Numbered from the stretch's first letter, positions 7,723 through 17,388 are shown. The stretch is 40,683 nt of DNA from Gemmatimonadota bacterium (GCA_040389905.1 JAZJZK010000024.1:1-40683); one strand, 5' to 3'. The notes: a model not told the origin generated them from the sequence alone. Program-made: numbers and translations.

Positions 7723-9678
7723 CTAGAATCCGTACGGGTCGTCCGCTGGCGCGACGGGCAACGGCGCCGGCGTGCCGGAGCGAACCGCGGTTCTCGGCGC
7801 GACGGACGCGCGAAAGTGCGCGGAGAATGCTCGCTTCACGTCAGGGGGCCGCGTGCGGACGATGTCGTTTCGCGCACGCAGGATTTCGTCGTCGGTCGCG
7901 AGCTGCGTGACATCCTGAAGCCAGCCGAGTGTCAGCGACGGATCGATCTGCCGAAGCGTGCGGAGCACGGCTGCGTGCAGTGTCGGCACCTGTGCCTGTG
8001 GGTACTGCGTGACGCCATCGCGCCCACGCATGACGGCTGGGCGCGGAAAACGAACGAAAATTGGCTGCGTGAAATGCGGGTGCCGAACCATCAATTGCCC
8101 TTTCTCCAACGTGGCGAGCTTGGTCTTGATTGCCGGGCTCAACACCGCGTACCCGGGCGTCGCGAGCTCGTCACCATCCATCCGTCCGTACAACGCAGTG
8201 CCGGAATTGCCGACCACGCGCCGGTGCACCTGTGAGCGGAACTGCTGGGCCGCGAACAACACGAGTCCGAGATAGCGGCCACGCTCAGCGATATCGAGCA
8301 GCATCTTTCGGACATAGGTCTCCGGGCCATCGCCAGGCGCGTACTTGTTGAGCTCGTCGACGAACACGACGACGTGCTGTACGCCGAGATCGCGCTTCTC
8401 GAGATGCTCGCGCAGCTTCGTGACCACCCGCGCGAAGATCAGATCCTGGGCATCTTCCTCGAGCCCGGCGACGTCGATCACATACACCGTGCGATCCTGA
8501 AAGCTCCCGAACGGCAGGTCGCTCGTCGCGCCGTCATCCGCGACGAGACCCTTGCAACGGAGCGAGATGTTCGAGAGGCGGTTGCGCACCTTTCTGATCG
8601 TCGCCACATGATGCGTGCGCCAGCTCTGGTCGTCTTTCTTCTCGAGCGCGCGGAGCACGTCCTTGAACCAGGCATCGAGGTCGGCGAACGACGCCACGGT
8701 GTGTTGCCGCTCGAGCATCGGGTCGGAGAAGCGCTTGTCGAGCACATTCTCCTTGATGAAATCGATCAACGCGTCGGCCTTGGCGTCGATGTCATCCTTA
8801 TTGAGCAAGACTTCCGCATACTGCAACACCTCGCGGAGGCCCCAGGTGAGCGGCGTGACATTCGCGAGCAGCTGTTCATTGCTGCGCAACGTGTTGAGCG
8901 AGATGCCGTCGGACTTGTACGGCGCGAAGTACGAGACATCCTGAAACGGCTCCGGCGTCACGCCGCATTGCTCGTAGAGCTTGCGGTCGTTGTCGTCGAT
9001 CTCGCCGGGCAGATCGAGGAAGCAGAGATCGGGGCCTTTCACATTGAAGCAGACGGCGGCGATGTTGCCCTTCTGCTCGGGGAAGTGCGCGAAGATGGAT
9101 TGCAACAGCCATTCGACCGCACTGGTCTTCGTCGCAAGACCGGACACACCAGTGATGTTGAGGTGCGCCGCTTCCGGCCCGATGAGAAAGTCCGCGTCGA
9201 GATAGATGGGCGCATCGGTTCCGCCGGCGCGATACACGCCGACGGGAATTCCCGTGCGTGACCCCGCCTTGAGATACCCGTCCATGCGCAGCGCAATCGC
9301 GACGTCGGCTTCGTCAGCGAGGGTGACGCTTCCCATCGGCACCGGCTGCAGCGGCTCCTCGGGAATGTGACGCAGCACCGCTGCCGTGTAGAGTCGGATC
9401 TCGGCGCGATCGGTAGCCGCGACCGTCCCGGGCTGGGCGTCGTGCCCCATGACGTCATGCAACGGCGACGCGAGGTCCGTCCAGCTGAAGCCTTCAGTCA
9501 CCACACCGTAGACGATCGGGCGTACGCCGTTGACCTCGCCGCGCCCATCGACGCGCACGATGGTTCCGATTCCGACCGGCGAATCGAGGGCCGTCCAGAA
9601 ATGGAACTCGTGCGGCGTATTGGGGCGATTCTCGGTCGCGACGACGCGGCCGAGGGGAAGGCGGTCAGCTTGGGTCAT
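7723..9678 (-). CDS. herA: HerA-family DNA translocase ATPase
   Basis: N-terminal HAS-barrel-like region; HLNITGVSGLATKTS (variant Walker A); FNVKGPD; Walker B VVFVDELNK; arginine-finger region IAERGRYLG; motif AAQQ. Start placed at ATG 9678. Confidence 0.85.
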   Translation of the reverse strand: MTQADRLPLGRVVATENRPNTPHEFHFWTALDSPVGIGTIVRVDGRGEVNGVRPIVYGVVTEGFSWTDLASPLHDVMGHDAQPGTVAATDRAEIRLYTAAVLRHIPEEPLQPVPMGSVTLADEADVAIALRMDGYLKAGSRTGIPVGVYRAGGTDAPIYLDADFLIGPEAAHLNITGVSGLATKTSAVEWLLQSIFAHFPEQKGNIAAVCFNVKGPDLCFLDLPGEIDDNDRKLYEQCGVTPEPFQDVSYFAPYKSDGISLNTLRSNEQLLANVTPLTWGLREVLQYAEVLLNKDDIDAKADALIDFIKENVLDKRFSDPMLERQHTVASFADLDAWFKDVLRALEKKDDQSWRTHHVATIRKVRNRLSNISLRCKGLVADDGATSDLPFGSFQDRTVYVIDVAGLEEDAQDLIFARVVTKLREHLEKRDLGVQHVVVFVDELNKYAPGDGPETYVRKMLLDIAERGRYLGLVLFAAQQFRSQVHRRVVGNSGTALYGRMDGDELATPGYAVLSPAIKTKLATLEKGQLMVRHPHFTQPIFVRFPRPAVMRGRDGVTQYPQAQVPTLHAAVLRTLRQIDPSLTLGWLQDVTQLATDDEILRARNDIVRTRPPDVKRAFSAHFRASVAPRTAVRSGTPAPLPVAPADDPYGF

Positions 9679-9740
9679 CGCTTCAAAATAGCGGCGGATT
9701 CGCGGTAAAACTCTCATCAACTGCGGGCCGGGGCCGACCG

Positions 9741-10007
9741 GGCTGATAACTGAGGATGGGGGCGGGGGCGCGTGCCCGGGCCAACTGCGGGCTTGGCCGC
9801 GGGCTTGGGCTACGGCTGGGGATGGGGCTTGCCTGCAGGCGCGGGCCGGGGCATGGGTCAGGGCTGGGGGCTGACTTCTGAGGCTGGGGCGCGGTCCCCA
9901 GCCGTCAGCCTGCCGGTAAGCCCGAGCCCGGGCCGTAGCCCCGGCCCGCGGCCAAGCCGGCGGTTGGCCCGGGCCCAACCCCGAGCCCCCATCCCTAGTT
10001 ATCAGCC
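9741..10007. repeat. 267-bp imperfect palindrome made of two inverted ~100-bp G-rich units
   Basis: The left arm GGCTGATAACTGAGGATGGGGGC...GGGCCAACTGCGGGCTTGGCCGCGGGC...GCTACGGC pairs with the right arm ending CCCCCATCCCTAGTTATCAGCC. A third unit starts at 40498. Confidence 0.9.
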
Positions 10008-10075
10008 AGTCAGTCTGTCAGCTGTCAGCTGGCTGGTGTTTGCGCCGGAGCGCGGCTCTCCTCGTTGCCGTAGCA

Positions 10076-11044
10076 TCACCCAGCGACGGCTCGCAGGTAC
10101 TGCTCGCAGTCCCATACTCCGTACGTCAGCCTGTCCCACCTCGAATCCGGCAGCGCCAGCGGCGACACTTCGGCGAGAATCCAGCGCGAGACTTCGTCTG
10201 CTCGCCGCCCAATTTCAGCAGCACCAGCTGCCGACGGGTGCGCAACTTCCACGCGGACCAGACCCCACATGGGATCGCGGTCGCTCGGATCGCGCAGCCG
10301 CAGATACCAGCTCGCGACCGTCGAGCGTTTTGGCGACGTCACGCGAAACACACTCGATCGTTGCCGATTCGCGAGCGACAGTACGACGCCGAGTGCCTCG
10401 CCCTCCGCGTACAGGGTGCGATGCGTTTTTACGACACCGATCGCACACGACGACGCCGCGACCTTCGGCGCGGAACTGATCCCTCCATCGATGAACACCG
10501 GGTCGGCCTCGCGCTCACACCATTGTTCCGCCAATTGCCGTTCGAGGAGTTCACGATCGACCTGGATTCGTTGGAATGCCGCGTCGCGCAGCGCGAACGG
10601 GTGTGAGCCTCCTTCGACATTCGCATTCGTCGAGTCGACGAGCGTGTCGCCGAAATCGTCGGCGAGTGTGTTCCACGTCACCGACGCCAGCAGGTCGCGG
10701 GGGGCATAGATCTTCGTCGCAACGAGTGGTGCGACCCACGTCCGCATGCGACGGGCACTTCGCTCACGTATGACCGCGGCTGTGTGGCCCAGGACAACGG
10801 GGACGGTCCCGATGTGACTGACAACCTCGCTCCGCTGCGTACCGTCGAGAAATGCCCGGAACTCCGACGTTGGGTCACCGGATACATCGAGGCCGGTGAG
10901 CGCCGCGCCTTCGAGGACGGCAGCGCTCACAAGACGCGGAGACTCGCTGTTCAGTCCAGAAAGCTCCAGATTGATTCCACCGCTGACTGCGCGCGATTCC
11001 GGCAGGATCACGCCCAAACGGCGCTGTAGCGTGCGGACGTTCAA
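10076..11044 (-). CDS. nurA: NurA-like nuclease
   Basis: Motifs AFLDGT, FIDGG, GVVKTHR, RSSVF, SWYLRLR and GLVRVE match the bacterial NurA pattern; upstream of herA. Probable TTG start after AAGG. Confidence 0.75.
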   Translation of the reverse strand: MNVRTLQRRLGVILPESRAVSGGINLELSGLNSESPRLVSAAVLEGAALTGLDVSGDPTSEFRAFLDGTQRSEVVSHIGTVPVVLGHTAAVIRERSARRMRTWVAPLVATKIYAPRDLLASVTWNTLADDFGDTLVDSTNANVEGGSHPFALRDAAFQRIQVDRELLERQLAEQWCEREADPVFIDGGISSAPKVAASSCAIGVVKTHRTLYAEGEALGVVLSLANRQRSSVFRVTSPKRSTVASWYLRLRDPSDRDPMWGLVRVEVAHPSAAGAAEIGRRADEVSRWILAEVSPLALPDSRWDRLTYGVWDCEQYLRAVAG

Positions 11045-11068
11045 CCCTACCTTCGGTACTGAGCTCGA

Positions 11069-11998
11069 ATGCACACTCGTCTCCGCGGACTGCTGGCAGT
11101 CGTGAGCATGCTAATCCTCGCCTCCGGCTGCGACAAGCGCGCCCCGGGTGCGACGCACGACTCGCAGACCTCACTCGCGGGAAAGCCCCGCGTGCTGTTC
11201 CTGGTCTTCGGCGACCGAGCCGACCCACGGGTTCTCCCGGTGGGCACCCTCGCGGAGCACAAGATCCTTCCGCTCGAATTCGACGAGCGGGGCTGGCACG
11301 GCTTCGACAACCTCTACTTCGCGGCAGGCGCCAACCTCGCGGTGTATCGTGCCGGTGAGATGCTCGGCGACGGCGTGGTGCGGCGCGGCATGTGGGGTGA
11401 GGGAGCACCGCTCTACAAGCTTCCCAGCTGCCGGACACTTCGCCCACTCGGTGCGGTGACGATGAGCCGCGCTCCGGAAGGCCAGGTGATGATGGAGTTC
11501 CTCGCCACCAGCGACCCCCTCACACCCGCGCCAACACGGGCACCGACGACCTCGGCAGACCTCGATAGCGCGCGGTCGCTGGCCGCGCGCGTCGTACAAC
11601 ATGAGGGCTTCACCGCCGCGCAGCGGCTCGAGCTCGAGGCCGTCCACTTTGCCGTCCACACCGGCGCCACGACCCATCCCACACTCATCGGATCGTACAT
11701 CGAATCCGGAAGTGGTCTGACAGGCACACCCCGGCACGTGTTCCTGATCGGTGACTATGCGGAGTCAACCCACAACTACGTGCAGAGCCTCGTGCACGTG
11801 CCCGCCGACTCCGTTCGTGAATACTATCGCTTCATCGACCATCTCGATCTCACGGACGATGGCATCGACGAAATCATCGTGGAGAGTTCGCAGAAGGGCG
11901 GGAACAGCTACCTGCTCTTTCTCCAGTTCCGCGATGGACACTGGCGCGAGATTGCGCGCGGGCCGGCCAGTTGGTGCGAGGACATGAGTCGTCGTTAG
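11069..11998 (+). CDS. Hypothetical lipoprotein
   Basis: Lipoprotein signal MHTRLRGLLAVVSMLILASG|C; C-terminal DxTxDG Ca-binding-like loop (DLTDDGIDEII). Confidence 0.75.
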   Translation: MHTRLRGLLAVVSMLILASGCDKRAPGATHDSQTSLAGKPRVLFLVFGDRADPRVLPVGTLAEHKILPLEFDERGWHGFDNLYFAAGANLAVYRAGEMLGDGVVRRGMWGEGAPLYKLPSCRTLRPLGAVTMSRAPEGQVMMEFLATSDPLTPAPTRAPTTSADLDSARSLAARVVQHEGFTAAQRLELEAVHFAVHTGATTHPTLIGSYIESGSGLTGTPRHVFLIGDYAESTHNYVQSLVHVPADSVREYYRFIDHLDLTDDGIDEIIVESSQKGGNSYLLFLQFRDGHWREIARGPASWCEDMSRR

Positions 11999-12002
11999 AG
12001 GA

Positions 12003-12050
12003 CACGGAGGACACAGAGAACGACGTACGCAGTTCTCTGTGTCCTCTGTG
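12003..12050. repeat. REP-like hairpin / bidirectional terminator between convergent genes
   Basis: 19-bp arms CACGGAGGACACAGAGAAC and GTTCTCTGTGTCCTCTGTG with one G-T mismatch and a 10-nt loop; internal 9-bp periodicity. Confidence 0.75.
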
Positions 12051-12083
12051 GTGAATGGCTTTCCGCTTTTGAATTGCGAGGAC

Positions 12084-12362
12084 CTACTCCACCCCGATGT
12101 CCCACGCCTGTTGTAGATCCTTCTTCGAGTACGCTCGAAACGCCGTGAGCGTCTGCGTTCGCTGAAGCCCCGGCACCGTCGGAAACTTCTCCGTCACGAC
12201 CTTCGCGATCTGGTCGTACTCCGCCACCTTCACGATGGCGACGAGGTCCCAGTCGCCACTCACCGAATACACGTCGGTCACGCCATCGATCTCAGCAAGG
12301 AATTGCGCAGTCGTTGGAATGGACGCGGGCTCGGCCCGGATGAGTACGATCGTCGTGATCAC
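12084..12362 (-). CDS. Lrp/AsnC ligand-binding (RAM) domain protein
   Basis: 92 aa with 'VYSVSGDWDLVAIVKV...RTQT'; no HTH domain. Confidence 0.85.
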   Translation of the reverse strand: MITTIVLIRAEPASIPTTAQFLAEIDGVTDVYSVSGDWDLVAIVKVAEYDQIAKVVTEKFPTVPGLQRTQTLTAFRAYSKKDLQQAWDIGVE

Positions 12363-12370
12363 GGTTCAAG

Positions 12371-12871
12371 TCAGTTGGAAGGGGACGGCGGCACGTTGAG
12401 CAGCCACAGGCCGGCAATGTGACTGCGTGAATCCACTTCGAGGAGGACATCGCGGCCCAGACGCACGACCCGCACGTCTCGCCGCGCACCGACGCGGAAA
12501 TGGATCACCCGCCGCGGGTCGTCTGCTTCCGCCATGATCGGTGTGTCCACGCCAAGCGACGCAATACCAGGCTGCGATGCGCGTGCGGGAATGGTCACCA
12601 CCGCTTCTTCGATCGTCGCCGGTGGTGTGAGCGCCGGCCGTTTGTGGACATCCGGCCACACGGCGATCTCCACCGCGCGAATGCGTCCCGCCGCAACGTC
12701 GAACATCAGCCACGACCCGTCCGCGCCCTGAATCTCGACGCTACCGGACATGCCGCCGCTCGTTGCGTCCACGTCGAGTTGGGCAATGAGGATCTCGGTG
12801 TCCGCGTCCCAGCGATACTGAACGGCTGGCGCCGGCCCTGATGCGGGTTCGAGCTGTACGGCGACGTTCAC
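12371..12871 (-). CDS. Hypothetical protein, possibly tandem DUF2283-like
   Basis: GGAGG RBS then GTG at 12871; two internal repeats resembling DUF2283. Confidence 0.6.
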   Translation of the reverse strand: MNVAVQLEPASGPAPAVQYRWDADTEILIAQLDVDATSGGMSGSVEIQGADGSWLMFDVAAGRIRAVEIAVWPDVHKRPALTPPATIEEAVVTIPARASQPGIASLGVDTPIMAEADDPRRVIHFRVGARRDVRVVRLGRDVLLEVDSRSHIAGLWLLNVPPSPSN

Positions 12872-13018
12872 GTCGGTCCTCCACTCGGAGCGTGTGATGA
12901 GCGGTAAGATATACCGCCCGCCTCGCTGGGCAGACAGGGGCTGCACCCGCTATCTTCCGACTCCGTTGACAACTCGAGGGCGCGCGAAGTCTCGCCCGGA
13001 CCGGAGCCAAGAGAATCC

Positions 13019-14725
13019 GTGGAAGCAGACGCCAAAGAGCCGTCGGGTGTGACCCGTGGCCAGAATGCCGTGCAGGTCATGCCGCTCGACTGGTCCCAAG
13101 CCGAGCAAGTGCTCGCCACCCTCGTAGATCGCATCGATCCTGCGCGCGCCGAAACCCAGCTGCTCATCGTCACGGCCGACGCAGAGAGTGCCTCCGCCGC
13201 GGCGCACGCCGTTGTCCTCGCCACGAAGAATCACGACATCAGCGTGCTTGCCGCCACGGCGAGTCCGCGTGCCGCTCGACTGCTGCGCGGCAGTCCAGCG
13301 CACGTCGTAACGGGAGCCCCAACGGAGCTCGCCACCCTGCTCCAGGCGTCGGCGCTCAAGCCGGAGAATGTGCGCGGCGTCGTCTTCGCCTGGCTCGATT
13401 CCATTCTCGAAACGGCCGACGCCGCGCCACTCGAAAACCTCCTCAGCGAGCTGCCGAAGGATGGCGCTCGCGTGGTGCTCGCCTCCGTGCTGACACCCGC
13501 ATACGAAGCACTGATCGAACGCTATGCGCGCCGCGCGCGCCGCGCCACGGAAGCGCCCGACGCGGAGACCACATCGCTCGCGGCCGAGTACGTGGCCACA
13601 GCGCCAAATGCACGCGGAACATCACTGCGGCGCCTGCTCGATGCGCTCGATCTTCCACGGGCAGAGATCTACGCACGCACCGATTCCGTTCGTGCCGACG
13701 CGGCCGTCATCGCGCGCTCCCTCGGCTACGGCAGTGATGCGGTTCGTCTCACGAACGGGAACGACGCGCCAAGTCACGACCCACTGGTGTTGCTCGAGCT
13801 GCCCATCTCGCGCGAGGAGATGCTCGCCCTCGCCGGCAAGACCGGCCGGAAGATCTACGCGCTGGTTCAGCCGTCGCAGCTGGGCAGCCTCCGTGCGTTG
13901 CTCGGCGGTCTCGTCACGCCCATCGCGCTCATTGAAGCCGCCGAGCGCGCCCGCGGGAAGGATGCGGCGCTTCGTGCCTCGCTTCGCGACGTCCTTATCT
14001 CTGGCGACGTCCGTCGCGAGGTGCTCGCACTGGAACCGTTGCTCGCGGAATTCGACGGCATCGAGATCGCCGCGGCCGCGCTGCGCATGCTGGAGCAACA
14101 GCGTCCGGCGCGCCCCAGTGCGGCAGCGTCCGCACAGGTTGGCCCGATGCAGCGGCTCTTCATCAACCTCGGTGAGAAAGACGGCATCCGCGCGCAGGAG
14201 ATCATCGCCGCGATTACGACTGAGGCGGGAATTCCCGGCTCACAAGTCGGCAAGGTCGAAGTGCGCGACACGCACTCACTGGTGGAAGTCTCCACGTCCG
14301 TTGCCGAACTGGTTGTCGGCAAGATCACCGGCGCGGTGGTGAAAGGCCGCCGGGTGCAGGCGCGCATGGACCAGCCCAAGGAAGACCGGCCCGCGCGTAG
14401 TGGTCCGCCAAGCCGCGGCGGCCCACCGCGTTCTGGAGGTGACCGCCCCGCTCGGCCCTTTGATCGAGGTGATCGCGGTGATCGTGGTGATCGCCCCGCG
14501 CGCCCCGCAGCCCGTTCGTTCGATCGCGGCGACCGGCCGCCGCGCCCGTTCGACAAGGGTGATCGCCCCGCACGGCCCGGCGCCCCGCGCAGCGGACCGC
14601 CGCGTGGCGCTGGAGACCGCCCCGCTCGACCCTTCAACCGTGATGCCGGTCCGCCGCGGAAATTCGATCGCGATGGCGGCTCGGCACGTCCCACCCGTCC
14701 CCGTCCCCCTCGCGACGACGCATGA
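13019..14725 (+). CDS. Degenerate DEAD-box-helicase-like protein with DbpA RNA-binding domain and Arg/Gly/Asp/Pro-rich tail
   Basis: C-terminal '[46 protein letters not shown]' is a DbpA/CsdA RNA-binding domain; the N-terminal region follows helicase motif order but lacks GKT, DEAD and SAT. Confidence 0.8.
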   Translation: MEADAKEPSGVTRGQNAVQVMPLDWSQAEQVLATLVDRIDPARAETQLLIVTADAESASAAAHAVVLATKNHDISVLAATASPRAARLLRGSPAHVVTGAPTELATLLQASALKPENVRGVVFAWLDSILETADAAPLENLLSELPKDGARVVLASVLTPAYEALIERYARRARRATEAPDAETTSLAAEYVATAPNARGTSLRRLLDALDLPRAEIYARTDSVRADAAVIARSLGYGSDAVRLTNGNDAPSHDPLVLLELPISREEMLALAGKTGRKIYALVQPSQLGSLRALLGGLVTPIALIEAAERARGKDAALRASLRDVLISGDVRREVLALEPLLAEFDGIEIAAAALRMLEQQRPARPSAAASAQVGPMQRLFINLGEKDGIRAQEIIAAITTEAGIPGSQVGKVEVRDTHSLVEVSTSVAELVVGKITGAVVKGRRVQARMDQPKEDRPARSGPPSRGGPPRSGGDRPARPFDRGDRGDRGDRPARPAARSFDRGDRPPRPFDKGDRPARPGAPRSGPPRGAGDRPARPFNRDAGPPRKFDRDGGSARPTRPRPPRDDA

Positions 14726-15339
14726 TCGGCGACATGTACCCCGCCGGCGCCGGCGGCTGGATCGAAGTCATTTGCGGTGTGATGTTCAGCGGCAAGAGTG
14801 AGGAACTCATCCGCCGCGTGCGGCGTGCGCTGATCGCGAAGAAGCAGGTCCAGGTGTTCAAGTCGCACCTGGACGCGCGATACGCGGGACTCTACCACGT
14901 GTCGAGTCATGACGGCCGCACGGTCGAAGCGGTTCCGGTTGATTCGCCGGAACAGATTGTCCGCTTGCTCGTGCCCGAAACCCAGGTGGTCGCGATCGAC
15001 GAGGCGCAGTTTCTCCCGCCGAGCATCGTCGCGCTTTCCACCGCGCTCGCCGCGAGCGGGCGGCGCGTGATCCTCGCTGGCGCCGACACCGATTTCCGAG
15101 GCGAGCCCTTCGGACCGATGCCGCAGCTACTCGCCGTCGCCGAACAGGTCGACAAGCTGCACGCGATCTGCGTGCGCTGTGGCAATCCGGCGAGCCGCAA
15201 TCAGCGGCTCATCGATGGCCAACCCGCGCGGTACGACTCACCCACCATCATGGTGGGCGGCGACGACAGCTACGAGGCGCGGTGCCGAAGCTGTCACTCC
15301 GTACCGCGAAAGGACGAGGACCAGCTACTGATCGTTTGA
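14722..15339 (+). CDS. tdk: Thymidine kinase
   Basis: [24 protein letters not shown], two CxxC Zn ligands and YEARCR; ATGA overlap with the upstream gene. Confidence 0.95.
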   Translation: MIGDMYPAGAGGWIEVICGVMFSGKSEELIRRVRRALIAKKQVQVFKSHLDARYAGLYHVSSHDGRTVEAVPVDSPEQIVRLLVPETQVVAIDEAQFLPPSIVALSTALAASGRRVILAGADTDFRGEPFGPMPQLLAVAEQVDKLHAICVRCGNPASRNQRLIDGQPARYDSPTIMVGGDDSYEARCRSCHSVPRKDEDQLLIV

Positions 15340-15363
15340 CGGCCTGCGGGGGCGGTTGGCACG

Positions 15364-16161
15364 TTGCTGGAGCAGGAACGCTTTACGCGTGTACAACTGG
15401 GTGTGAACACTCACACCTCATACGTCTCTCGATTCCGCGAATCTGTTCGGGCCGCTTCATGGACCCTGTTCGCCATCGTGCTTGCATGCGCTGCCGGTGA
15501 CGCCGTCTCCGTGGGTGATGGTGCACTGATTGCCGCGCGACGCGATGCCCACGTTCGCGAGCTCACGCAGTGCGGCCGAACGAAGGCGTGCCTGCGAAAG
15601 CGCGCTGCGGTATCGCGCGCAAAGGCAATCGTTCACGACCAGCTACCGGCCCCTGCGCCGATCCGCCGCCGCTGGACAGAAGAAGAATTCGACGACGTCG
15701 CGGTGTGGATCGAACCCGGCAACCACGTTACGCCGTGGCGCGACGCCAATCCACGGATGATTCGCCGCGCCTTCAGGACGTGGTCTGCCGCGGGAGCCCC
15801 GGTTCGCTTCCGCTTCGTGGATGATTCTGCCCACGCCGACGTGCTCGTCACGTGGACGGATTCGTTGCCCGAAGAACGCGCCGGCCAGATGACCTCGCTG
15901 ACCGACAGCCGAGGCTGGGTAAAGAAGGCGCTCATCGAGATGAGTACTCGCAACATGGGTGGCGGCGTGCAGGACTCGATGACGGTGCGCTCCGTCGCGC
16001 TGCACGAGATTGGACATCTTCTGGGACTCGAGCACAGCGCGAACGAGCACGACATCATGGCGGCGTGGGTGACCGCCACGTCACTCACGCGGGACGATCG
16101 GGCGGCGATGCGTGCGCTGTACGGGCCTGACGCGCGACCGTTGGCGGTCTCGGGCTACTAG
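15364..16161 (+). CDS. Matrixin (M10-like) zinc metalloprotease
   Basis: HEIGHLLGLEHS (HExxHxxGxxH) followed by the Met-turn 'DIMA'; N-terminal hydrophobic segment; start uncertain. Confidence 0.85.
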   Translation: MLEQERFTRVQLGVNTHTSYVSRFRESVRAASWTLFAIVLACAAGDAVSVGDGALIAARRDAHVRELTQCGRTKACLRKRAAVSRAKAIVHDQLPAPAPIRRRWTEEEFDDVAVWIEPGNHVTPWRDANPRMIRRAFRTWSAAGAPVRFRFVDDSAHADVLVTWTDSLPEERAGQMTSLTDSRGWVKKALIEMSTRNMGGGVQDSMTVRSVALHEIGHLLGLEHSANEHDIMAAWVTATSLTRDDRAAMRALYGPDARPLAVSGY

Positions 16162-17327
16162 TACGTCGTGTAGTTGTCCAACCAGGCGTTGGGAATAACG
16201 CGGAAGATTCCGAAGCGGCTCGCCGCCTTGGAGACTTCACACGAGTCGTACTCCATGTCCTTCGTGCCGTTGCCGACGTCGCCAGCACCGGGCGCGGTCA
16301 GGCCGTAGGCGGTGAGTTGCGCCGCCGTCAGCTTCATGTTCAACCCGGTCACGATCGCGCCGTACACGCTCGTGTTGCCATTCGACGTGAAGTTCCCGCC
16401 GGTCATGATGATGCCCTGCCAATCGGTGTTGCCGCTCATCGTCGCATCGCCGTCGATGAGCAGCAGACCGTGACCGTCGGGAATCGTCCAGTTCCCGCCG
16501 CCGGTAATGTGGATGACGGGGTACGATGTCGAGCTGGCCATTGCGGCGGAGGCCGCTGAAGGCGTGGATTGGTTATACGCGAAGGTGTAGTCCGCGGAGA
16601 CGGCACCACTCACGATTCCCGCCCAATCGATCTTGACTGCGGCGTTCGCCTGCGCCTGCGTACCGAGTCCGAGGACGTCCGGATTACCGTCGGGCACTCC
16701 CGCCCCTGATCCCGTCATCGTACCCGTCGGCAGGGCCACGCCAGCGACCGTCGGCGCTCCGCCACCGCTCCCGGACGAACAGTGATCGACGCCACTCATC
16801 GTTCCCGAGCCACCGTTCTTCCGAAGACCCGTGAGGCTGGTCCAGCCGGACAGCACCTGGATGGTGTTGGAGTTCCACTGGACGTACTGCGCCACGATGC
16901 GCTCTCCGTACACGCTCCGGGTTGCCCCGTTGAACGGCGCAATCGTATCGACGCCGCGCGAGCGAACGAGGTACATCGCCGGACGCGTGAGGCCAACGCC
17001 CTTCTGAACGCGCCGTACGAACACGTCAGCGTAACCGCCCGGGAGACTCACGCGAATATTGTACTGTGAGTCCGCCATCGGCAGCGACGGACACACCGGG
17101 GTATAGCCGGCGCGCGCGGTGCAATGGTATGTGCTTCTTGCGATGTACTCCTCGAGGCCGGATTCCGCGAGCGCGAACGCCCTGCTTTCGCTACGCTGGG
17201 CACTATTCGTCGCGATTTCGGCGGACACCGAAGCAAACGCGGCGGCCAGCGTGGCGGTGAGCGCCGCGATGATGAGGATGGCGAGTGGGAGTGCGAACCC
17301 TTCTCGCGGGGAACCAGGGGTAGCCAT
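16158..17327 (-). CDS. Stand-alone PilX/GspK-like minor pilin
   Basis: G|FALPL without Glu5; 'AFALAESGLE' PilX N-terminal motif; close paralogue of 25402-26586. Confidence 0.8.
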   Translation of the reverse strand: MATPGSPREGFALPLAILIIAALTATLAAAFASVSAEIATNSAQRSESRAFALAESGLEEYIARSTYHCTARAGYTPVCPSLPMADSQYNIRVSLPGGYADVFVRRVQKGVGLTRPAMYLVRSRGVDTIAPFNGATRSVYGERIVAQYVQWNSNTIQVLSGWTSLTGLRKNGGSGTMSGVDHCSSGSGGGAPTVAGVALPTGTMTGSGAGVPDGNPDVLGLGTQAQANAAVKIDWAGIVSGAVSADYTFAYNQSTPSAASAAMASSTSYPVIHITGGGNWTIPDGHGLLLIDGDATMSGNTDWQGIIMTGGNFTSNGNTSVYGAIVTGLNMKLTAAQLTAYGLTAPGAGDVGNGTKDMEYDSCEVSKAASRFGIFRVIPNAWLDNYTTY

Positions 17328-17388
17328 TCGTCACGCCTCTCCTCAGCCGTCAGAGAGGAGAGGCTACGACGACTCGGCACTTACGCCA

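Noticed and set aside
9741..10007. Classical MITE/IS call for the palindrome
   Set aside because: No target-site duplication and no transposase in the window; kept only as a repeat.
9679..10479. Pro/Gly/Ala-rich N-terminal extension of herA and the plus-strand ORF 9772-10479
   Set aside because: They translate the GC-rich palindromic repeat; lack of stop codons is expected from its composition.
14380..14720. Nucleotide repeats GATCGCGGT/GACCGCCCCGC as a separate repeat element
   Set aside because: Explained by the low-complexity coding tail of the DbpA-domain protein.
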